This document shows, one piece after another, positions 53,035-64,000 of a stretch of DNA of 64,000 nt. Under the pieces are notes generated by a model. That model worked only from the letters and a program-made list of their open reading frames with translations, searched no databases and was not told the DNA's origin. Both the position numbers and the translations under genes were made by a program. This stretch comes from Paramecium tetraurelia. Taxonomy: Eukaryota. Location: the NCBI GenBank assembly GCA_000165425.1, contig CT868463.1:372001-436000 (forward strand), read 5' to 3'. How positions within the stretch are numbered: position 1 is the first letter of the stretch; each line of letters starts with the position of its first letter.

Positions 53035-53179
53035 GTTACCTGAATAAACTGAATACATTTTTATATATTCATTACAATCTACAATTTTATTATTAAATAT
53101 GAAAATAAGGGGATTGTGTCATCTTTAATTATGATATATAATTATATAAATAATTAATTGTTTTCAAGTATTTATACTT

Positions 53180-55014
53180 ATGAATCCGTCTGAAGAATCA
53201 ACAACCAATGTGGAGATTAGAAAATCTCGCAATAAAACTTAGACAAAATGCAAGTCTCAAAGTCCGTAAGTAAAACCTTAGTTTATATAATAATAACTAC
53301 AACATAAAAAGAGTAAAACAAAGGAAAGATTATAATAAAATTAAGAGTCATTACCTAATGTAACTAAAAAATTGAATCCTAAATCAACTAGTTTTTCCAA
53401 AAAGAGAAATCAATTCAAACCAGCTCCTCAAGAGTTTTGTTTAAAAGTAAATAAATAAGTTTAAATCAAATAGTATTTTGTTGGATGGGGCAATAATGAG
53501 GCTTTAGTAAAACGGGTCATGTCCAAAAGAACCCAATGGAAAGAAACAACAGACTCTAGTTCAATGTTTGTAAATTTGAAATGGCAATAAAGCGAAAGAG
53601 GCTATAGATACGAAAGATTGATAGTTAGTTAAAATTATAAATAACTTGTTAATCATTTTGAACATCACAAGGAAATTTCAAATAAATCTGATCTGATTAA
53701 AAATCTGTCTTAATACTGCGAAGTAAGTATTTATATTTATTTATTAGAAGCATAAACTGAACGTGTTTGATTACACCCCTTTAACATTTGTGATTGATTT
53801 CAGTGATGAAAATTGCGACTTTAATATCACTTAATTCCTCAAGACTTACGAGCAATTTGCACCCAAAAAGCCCACCGCAAAACAGATGTTAGATGTTAAG
53901 AGAAGATTAAGGGGAAATTTTACTAATGCTTACTAAAGAGATTCAAGCTCTTAGTTTTAAAAAATTCAAATGAATAATACATTTTTATCTGAAGATTCCC
54001 CTTATATGTGGTTATTAAAACCTACTTTTTTAAATAGAGGAAGAGGGATTTAAATATTTGATAACTTAGAAACTTTAGTTAAGTTGGTGTCTGATTTTTA
54101 GGAAGGGTTGAAAGAAAAGACTTTGAATCAGAAGGATGGATCCTCGGGAGAAGAAGATCCACCTAAACAGGTTTAAAGTGCATAAGGAACAACTAAGAAG
54201 GATCCAAATTAATACATTCGGCAATAACCGTCAGGACCTTGTATTATAAAATCGCATTCTTTTGTTATTTAAAAATACATTGAAAGACCAGCCTTGATTA
54301 ATAAAAGAAAATTCGATATTAGGGTTTGGGGATTAGTAACGCATGAGTTGGATGCATATTTCTTTTAGGAAGGATATATTAGAACGTCTTCTGAAGATTT
54401 CACCTATAATATTGAGAATACCTTTGTTCATTTAACAAACAACGCTATTTAAAAGTATTCGAAGAATTATGGAGAATTTGAGGATGGTAATTAACTATCC
54501 TTTAAGAACTATTAGGATTATTTAAAATCATAGAATATTGCTTGCAACGTTTAGGATGTAAATTTCATCATTAATTTCAGATTATAAATAAAATGAAAGA
54601 AAGAATTTGGATGGTCTTTAATTCTGTACGCAGCAAGATTAATTTTGAAGACCGAAAGTATTGCTTTGAGATTTTTGGATTTGATTTCATCTTAGATTCT
54701 GATTAGGAAGTTTGGTTAATTGAGGTCAATACTAATCCATGTATAGAAGAATCAAGTCCATTATTAAAAATGTACATTCCTAGAATGCTAGATGATGCAT
54801 TCAAATTAACTCTTGATGTCTTATTTCCTCCACAGTAGCCTCATAAGTAATCTTTGCCATAAATTTGTAATTATCAATTCTAATTCAAGCTCAACTCCCT
54901 TAAATCAAGGAAGAATCACATTCTGAGTATCCAGTAATTGGCTATCCGAATGATGAGAATATGTGGATGTTATTGGGCTCGTTAAATGATAGGAAAGTAA
55001 AGAAAAAGAAATGA
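53180..55014 (+). CDS. Tubulin-tyrosine ligase-like protein (glycylase-type, TTLL10-like)
   Basis: VGWGNN, VNHFEHHKEISNK, WLLKPTFLNRGRGI, VIQKYIERP..RKFDIRVW, HLTNNAIQK, FEIFGFDF, WLIEVNTNP. Confidence 0.9.
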
Positions 55015-55053
55015 TTAAATATACTATTTAAATTATTTTAGATTTCACAAAAA

Positions 55054-55633
55054 ATGTTTAATCCTTCTGGTCCTAAAGACAAGCCCTTATGCATGGAATT
55101 TTAGAAAGATATTTGCATGAAGCTTTTATGTACTTTAGAACACAAATATTGGCCATGTCCTGATTATGACAAAGGATTTTGTTATTTGGGTTCTTCATGT
55201 GATAAGTTAAAATTGTATCAAACCTTTTAGAAAACACATAGTAAGAAAATTATGTATGGATTATGTCTATGGATTCTGTAAGGATGGACCTGAATGCAAA
55301 ATGCAACATGTCAAATTATTTGACTTGAATGATAGAACATAGGAACTCAGATTTACAGAAAGATTTTATTCCAAATTAAAACAAGAATAAGCTACATTTA
55401 AATAAAGCGAAATAAATGTTAAACCAGTTATTTGCAAGTCTTGCTAGGAAGTTGGTCATAAATCAAATGTCTGCAAAAAAACTTTAAGGTTAAGTCCAAA
55501 TAGAAAAATTCTATGCGGTATTTGTGAAACTGAACATACAATCTATGATTAGGGCAAAAAATAAGATTGCCAATACAAAATCTCACAGTCATAATAATAA
55601 TTATTGTTTTAACAATAATCTTCAGAATAATGA
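55054..55633 (+). CDS. CCCH zinc finger plus zinc-knuckle protein, CPSF30/Yth1-like but N-terminally shortened (~184 aa)
   Basis: CPDYDKGFCYLGSSCDKKH..LCMDYVYGFCKDGPECKMQH resembles CPSF30 ZF4-ZF5, and ICKSCQEVGHKSNVC is a CCHC knuckle. One 25-nt intron. Confidence 0.75.
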
Positions 55634-55758
55634 GATGTTTATAAATATATTTTATACAATTAAGCTTCAGAGGTTCTGCATAATTCTTATTTAATTTTTT
55701 GGAGATTAAAAAAATTCTTATAAAAAGGTTGGATTTTTATTAAATATAATTGAATTGA

Positions 55759-56884
55759 TCAAAAATCATAGAATTTTGATAATTCTTTAAAGCATTTTAA
55801 TTAACTTTTAATTTAGTCAAGGGAATTAAATTCATTATATTTTATTCTCCCTTCTTATCCTTATTTTATTGTGTATAAAAGTTATAGTGAAACCTTTTAT
55901 CTAAATTCAATCTCATTTGAGAATTTTCGTTCAAGTCTTTAAACCCAAAATTAGTATAAATATATCTTATTTTATAAATTCTGCTCTTTTTAAATTAGTT
56001 CTTCCATAATCGTATTGAATTTTGTTTTTTCATCTGGCTAATTTACAATTTTTTAGATTGAGATTATATTTTATTCTACATCTGTAGATTAGTTAGAATC
56101 GTTTAAATTTTTATATAGATTTTTTGTTTCTTCTTAAAGATTTTCTAGCAATATTCTTTTTCTTGGATTGCTTTCTAACATTTTAAGGAGCAATTTTATA
56201 ATTTTATCATCATACTAGTTTTGTTTAGGGATGACAATTTCATTATTTATTATTTCTATTTCTTATTAAAATAATAGAAAATGAATAACGCATCCTAAAC
56301 TCCACACGTCACATTGATAGGAATAAGGCTATTTTGAAATTATTTCTGGAGCTTAATATCCTTAAGTGCTAAGACTAAAAAATACATTTACCCAATATTT
56401 AAAGTATGAACCCTGATCTCGCCATTTCCAAAAACTTTGGCTCTGTCGAAGTCAATAATTTTGTAATTCTCGCCATTATATACTATATTATCCGGTTTAA
56501 TGTCTCTATGAAAAATATTTAGATTCTTCAAATCTAACAATCCCTAAATAACATGTAATAAGCATTTTATTATTTCTTTAACATCAAATTATTTTGGATT
56601 ATCTCTCATCATTTCTCTCAGATCAGATTTGCAACACTCCTCATAAACAAATATCAATCCTTATTTTTCATCTACTTTTACTTTATATATTTCCACAATA
56701 TTTGAAAATTTTTTCTTTTTCAGTGCCATTACGACCTAAAAATATCTTTTAGTTTTACTTCCAACAAATTTAAATTGTCTTCTAATTTATAAGTTTTTAA
56801 ATAGCATTCGCAATAAAGCTTTATCAATAAGACCTTGTTTCCTTTTACTTACTTTTAAATATCATACTATTACTTATCAATCAT
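55759..56884 (-). CDS. Divergent Ser/Thr protein kinase-like protein
   Basis: [40 protein letters not shown]. No recognisable Gly-rich loop. Confidence 0.8.
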
Positions 56885-57072
56885 AAAATTAATTAAAAGA
56901 TTTTATTCTTTTTTTTATTTTTATTTTTCAGAATATAAGTTTAGAAATTAATTGTAATTACATCATTCATTCATAGAATATGACTATATCATTATTATAT
57001 TAAGTCTCCTTCAAAAATCAATGTTCAAAATTTCACAGATATGTTTTTATATATATAAATCATTATATAAAT

Positions 57073-58613
57073 TCATCTTTTTTTATTAGAAAATTTAAAG
57101 ATTTTTTTTGGAGTGCATTCAAGTTCTATTGATTCATCTTCTTTTGGACTCATTCTACTCTGGAGTTCATCAGCATAGATGTTAGATTCCTAATAATTGT
57201 AATTCATACTTAATCTCCATTGGCAGATTATGGAATGGACATTTTAAATTGTTAAGATATAATCTATCGTTTAATCAACTATGGTTTTTTTTCAATTTTA
57301 ATAGCTAAGTGCTTTTTACCTTCTGAAGCTACTAATTGATTTTTATTGATAAGCTTCGGAAAGAAAGCATTCATAAGCAACTAAGATCGCTAAAAGCATG
57401 CATCTTTTTCTTCTTAGATTTCACTAATGATTTCGTTACAAGAACTAATCAAGCTTCTTGCACTATCCCCTCCTTTTCTCCAATAATGTTTTTTCTAGAT
57501 GATATCAAATGAGAGATTCAGGGACTCATCTCCAGTCTCAAATTTTTCTCTCAATTCTTAAATCAGACGATTGGTTATTTTAATCTTCGAGAAATATTCA
57601 ATGAAGTTCTGTTGTAATTAAACATTAGTTTCCAAGAGATCATAAAGATTTTCCTTGATCATATCATATAGATCATTGATTCCTTCAAAATCAGAAACTA
57701 ATTTAAAAATTGCAATTGAGGCTCTGATTAATACTTTAATCCCCTTTAACAAGAACATGTTCCAAACTTGAATTAACTATAATATTTAGATATTGTTACT
57801 AATTATTGAGGCAGATCGTAGCCAAAAATGACTAAGAACCATCTTGTTGTTATGATTCCAATATCCATTTTGTTTTATAGCTAAATAAATAAAGAGATTT
57901 ACAAATTCATTAGAGAGTGATGGTACATATTTCCGTAGGAACACTGCGACTGTAAAATTCAGAAACTTGAGTTCATTAAATTAGTCTTGGAATATGGTAG
58001 CGTATTTCATCTTCTTTAAAATGTAATACATAATCCAAAAGGTCTGTTGTTCATTGAGACCGTTAATTAAGAAACAACCTGCAATTTAATTGAATCCTTA
58101 AATGTAACCAATTTGCTCTTGTATTTTAGATAATGCAATTAGAATTCTTTGTAATCTTTATCGATTATGAATTTATTTGAAATATTAATGTTATGAAAAA
58201 GTACGATCGATGTCTTTTTGTATATTAGATGCTTCGACCGACTGCTGACAAGAGTATTATTTGTATTGATGAGAATATTATAAGTTTAATCTCTTGAAAT
58301 CGATTACCGAATCCCAAAAGATAAATTAGGCACACTTTTGATCAATTATAAACTAGGAGATTAGTTTATGATCCAAGGGCTTGCATAATCTCCCAAATAT
58401 AGCCTTCTTAAAGTAAATTTTCCAAATTCTGATTTTGAAGACTTTTGATGATAGCTAAAAATTAATGAGACTCAAAGTATCAAGAAAGGAAGTTAAGTAT
58501 TCAAAAAGTTTTTTATTCAAGATAGTATCAACAAAAGAAGTTCCAAAGTTAATTTCGTCTCTGTCGTCTAAGACTTTGGGATTTAAGTTGGATGATGTAT
58601 ATTTTTTATTCAT
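57073..58613 (-). CDS. Rab-GAP TBC-domain protein with an F-box-like N-terminal motif
   Basis: IQKDIDRTF (Arg finger), IGYIQGFNQIAG (Gln finger), WFLVIFGY, VWNMFLLKG. Confidence 0.88.
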
Positions 58614-60969
58614 TATTTTTATTAAATTATTTAAGACAATTACTTAGTTTTCCTTCTACTAGTAATGGATTCCTTTCCTGACATGGCCTTTATCCTCTCC
58701 TCCAGTTGTTTCTTCTCCATTTCTGCTCTCTACAGTGCTCTCTCTTCTGCTCTGTTTAGTTGCCTCAGCATTTCCAATCTCGAGTCACTTTGCCCTTTCC
58801 GAACATGTCTTTGATCCTTTAAACCCCTTATTTCTTTTTCCAAACGAGTGATTACTTAATGACATTCAGACATCTTCTTCTGATAATCATTTATCTCATC
58901 ATCCATCTTAATTAAGTGCATGTTGGATTCATTATCAAATTTTATTTTGTCGATATCCATCTACCTTGATTATTATTGAATTTATTGCAATCTCGCATCC
59001 ATATCAGTAGTCTTTTATATTTATTCTATCTTGACTCTGTTTTTTTCTTCAATTGTTTTTTCCAATGTTTAAAGAGATCTCGCTTTTTTTTGTTGATTTT
59101 CATTTTGATCTTTTTCCAAGGTTGGTTTCTATTATATAATATTATTGAGTTTAACAATCTCTCTTTTGTACATAGGAACCCTATCAAGTTCATATTTCAA
59201 TCTATTGGATTCAATAACCTTATTGATTTAATCAATATATTTATAACTCAATGGATTTTCACAAATATCTAAATTTAATCTAATTATTCCATAATAATTA
59301 CATTGATGAATTCACTCTAATAGCTTCACATATTACAATTCCTGAGGAATCATGAAACCCATTATCAGGTAACAATAGTGTTGTTAATTAAGTACTTTAT
59401 TTAATCATGCTGCATAAACCAAGTACACATTTATCTGTAAGATTGCATCTCTTCAAATCTAACTTCTCAAAAAACAGTCCTTTAAATACACATTCAGCCC
59501 CTGCATCAGTCAATCGATTATCTCTTAATATGAGTGTTTTAAGTGTTCTATTTCTTTCTACTCCATTGCCTATGAAATCTGCTCCGGTAGCATTAATACT
59601 GCATTTAGCCATGGATAAATAAGTTAAGGGGATTCTAGATGTTAATACATTTTCAATTTCATTGAATCCATTTCCAGAAAAGTGATTTTCATCTAAAATC
59701 AACCTCTCAAGGAATCGATTCACAGCTAAACTTTGAAAAAATTTCAAAATTCCTAATGATTTAATTTCACATCCTGCCAAATTTAATTTCCTTAACATAA
59801 AACTGCCCTTGTCAAAGATCCTTGACAAATAGTCCATACCATTATTACCCAAAGGATTGTAACTCAAATCTAATTCAACCAAATTACAATTTGAAATATA
59901 TTAAACCATATAGTTGCAAGCTTCCTCATTTAAATCATTGTTAGAAACATTCAAATAGGCTAATGTATTGTTTGTTTACAATCCTGATAGAATACATTCA
60001 AAACCTGCATTCTAGATTGAAGTGCCTCTCAAACCTAGAAATTGCAGAGGATGGTTGTACTTTAAAATAGTTTCAATAGGCTCACAGCCTTTCACAGAGA
60101 CTTTGTTCCTATTCAAACCATCCTTGCTTGATAATTCAATTGAGATGATTGAATGCAATGGGATTAACTCATTAAATAAGTAAAATGCGCCATCTGCAGT
60201 TATATTATTACTTGAGAAGTCTAAATGAACTATATTTTTATTGACCTTCAACATCTCGAGTAACTCTACAAGACCTTCATCTCCAATAGCATTCCTTGCT
60301 AATCTCAAGGTGGAAAAATGATTGTTATAGAGCAATATGTCTCTGACTGTTTTGGCACTCTCCAAGCCTAATTAATTGTCTTCACAAACGAACTGTTCAT
60401 CTACACATAATTTCTTAAACTTTTCTATAAAAAGAACAGCATGTTCTGGTTAATATTCAAGTTCTCGATCTCTACATTTACTGTGATATAAATCTATTAT
60501 TTAATCCACGTCTAAAGTATGTATAACTGTTGACTAATTTAATTCTTCCTCCGAGATCTCTCCTTCTTATTCTTCCCTATAATTATACTCAATATTACTT
60601 TTAAATATGGATGTTATCAAAACCATACTTCTTGAAAGGTCTTTGGTTCACTTTCTTTCTGAACATCTTTCTTTAAGATTATTAAATTGTTGCTGTTTTC
60701 TCCTAATACTCAATAGGTTTCTTCATCGTAATTGCAGTTGAAGGTCTTGTCAACCCAGTCAAAGGTCTTAAAGGTTAAGTTCTTTGTTGCTAAAGTTCAA
60801 ACCATTCTCATACTGAGTGATAATTTGAATAATCTCTCATCATCTTCGATGTAGGTGGCCTTGAAATTATTGTAACCTGCTCATTCTCAGGTACTTAAGC
60901 ATCAATCAAAGCCTTCTCTAAATTAAACCAAGCATTTAGAATTGAAACATTTGATTATGTCCTCTGCAT
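58610..60969 (-). CDS. Leucine-rich repeat (RNI-like) protein with C-terminal coiled coil
   Basis: Repeated LxLxxNxIG/LG units (LRLARNAIGDEG, LDFSSNNITADG, LDLSYNPLGNNG, LILRDNRLTDAG), then a coiled-coil tail. Confidence 0.88.
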
Positions 60970-61033
60970 TTAAAGAATTCTCTATATTATATATATATAA
61001 TCTAAGTTCATTGCCCATAAACATTTATGTTAA

Positions 61034-62396
<1,363 letters not shown>

Positions 62397-62405
62397 ATTT
62401 TAATT

Positions 62406-62870
62406 ATGCAAATTAATCCAATAATATCACCAATCTATTTTGATGATATTTCTGCCGTTCAAACTTATGCAAGATAAAATCACTTGTTACTTTATGTTTA
62501 TAAAAATACCATCTATGATCTCTCGGAATTTGCCTACACCCATCCTGGAGGTCTTAAAGAAATATGCACATACGCTAATACAAACATCTCCAAAATCATT
62601 TTCGACCCCAGAATACATAAACATTCGCCTTTGGCTCTCTTCAAAATGTCTAAATTTACATTCGGATATATTTAACCACAAAAACAAAAAACCTTACTGA
62701 AATCAAAATCTTCATAATCACTACTACAATAAACAAGGAAGAATCTCCTCTCCGCTACTGATCCAGATTACTTGGCTGTGCCAGAGGATTGTTGCATAGA
62801 GTAAGTACGAAGCATCAAAACACATAGAAGAGTTTATCATTCAGACGAATAAATGCCATAAATCAAATGA
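62406..62870 (+). CDS. Cytochrome b5-like heme-binding domain protein (154 aa)
   Basis: IYDLSEFAYTHPGG and HKHSPLA carry both heme-ligand His motifs. Intronless, no TM anchor seen. Confidence 0.85.
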
Positions 62871-63075
62871 ATATATATATCAGACCAATATTTTATTTTA
62901 TTCTGTAAGTAATAAAGATTAATAATTAAACCAATACGAAAGGTTGAAAGTATTTTCCTTTATGTAAATCTGTAAATAAAAGTCTGTTAATTTATCTAAT
63001 AATATTAAGGGAAATATTTTGTAAAACTTTATAATTGAATTGTTTTCTTAATATGAAATAACAAAATTAATTATT

Positions 63076-64000
63076 ATGCATCCTCAATTGCCTAAAATTC
63101 ATGATAGATCACTACAATATGGTGATAATCCATTCTATGTTCCTGATGAATATGAGATATACAAATTGAAGGAGAAATCAAAATAGGCTAGATCTGAAGA
63201 AAGACTCAAGTTTTCAAAATTGAAGATTCATGAAAAAAGCAAAAAGTAAAGAGGATTCTTCACTGTGAGAACCATAGATCGTTTGGATAGTGAAGAATCG
63301 TTATTGGATTAGGAAGAATAAGAAAAGAAGTATCAAATGAATATGATTTAAGAAATATAGTGGATATTGCAAATGATGCTTTAAAAAACAGAGTTCGATA
63401 AAGAGAACCCATGTATTAATTTTTGGAGAAGAAGAAAGAAATGCTATTGTTTTCAATGCTCATAGATTAAAAGAGAGGAATGATTGATGAATATGAAAAG
63501 TTAGCAAGATTGCATAGAAAAGGTTTGGAATAAAGTGAATAATTAATTGATGAAGATATTGAGATGTTTAATAAATTTTTGGAGGCTAATAACAATAGTT
63601 CCAGAGATGCAATAAAAGAAGCAGAAAACGAAACAAGATTAAAATAAGAGAAAACAAATGAAATTAAATTATTGCAAGAACACAGAACAGAATTAATGAC
63701 TAAAAATCAATAGAAGGTTGATAATTTAGAGGACTTAATAAAATACAAAAATTTTCTAGACAAAATAACTCCCAAAGAATTTTAAAAGAAGAATCAAAAA
63801 AAGTAGTAAATTAAGAATAAAAATAAAAAAAATCCTTAAGATAATTTAATAAGTTCAGATCTCTAAAAAATTTTGGATGATTCTGACGATGAATTCGATT
63901 CTTATTTTAAAGACCCTTAATAATTGTTTGATATATTCTAACAATTAGAAGAGAGAAACCTATTTTTGATAGCAAACACTAAAGAAAGAGAACAAATGGT
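63076..64000 (+). CDS. CFAP100: Cilia/flagella-associated DUF4200 coiled-coil protein, CFAP100-like (3'-truncated by the window)
   Basis: NPFYVPD..LKIHEK, FLEKKKEMLL, EDIEMFNKFLEAN..DAIKEAENETRLK, YKNFLDKITP, YFKDPQQLFDIFQQLEERNLFLI. Confidence 0.82.

Overview
AT-rich ciliate macronuclear DNA, almost certainly Paramecium. TAA/TAG read as Gln, TGA is the only stop, and GT-AG introns are 22-32 nt. The supplied ORF track uses the wrong genetic code and shows only fragments, so I re-translated by hand with translation table 6 and recovered about 30 genes. They include casein kinase 1 (3' part disrupted), a four-Kazal-domain surface protein, a tesmin/TSO1 CRC protein, an atypical Arf-like GTPase, a mini-antigen, several kinases, a 7.4-kb P4-ATPase-guanylyl cyclase fusion, a SAM carrier, a Sec7 ARF-GEF, an RBM26-like RRM protein, CCT8, a TM-PX protein, succinyl-CoA synthetase beta, Sec13, a DUF4378 protein, a DnaJ protein, a TTLL, a truncated CPSF30-like protein, a TBC RabGAP, an LRR protein, a CDPK-like kinase, a cytochrome b5-like protein and CFAP100. 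I saw no mobile element, CRISPR array or RNA gene. The most unusual signal is gene-junction architecture: an ATGA stop/start overlap, two convergent CDSs sharing one TCATGA palindrome, two head-to-head pairs with 9-10 nt between start codons, and a 17-nt tandem spacer. All models and family calls come from manual reading and motif recognition; no searches were run.
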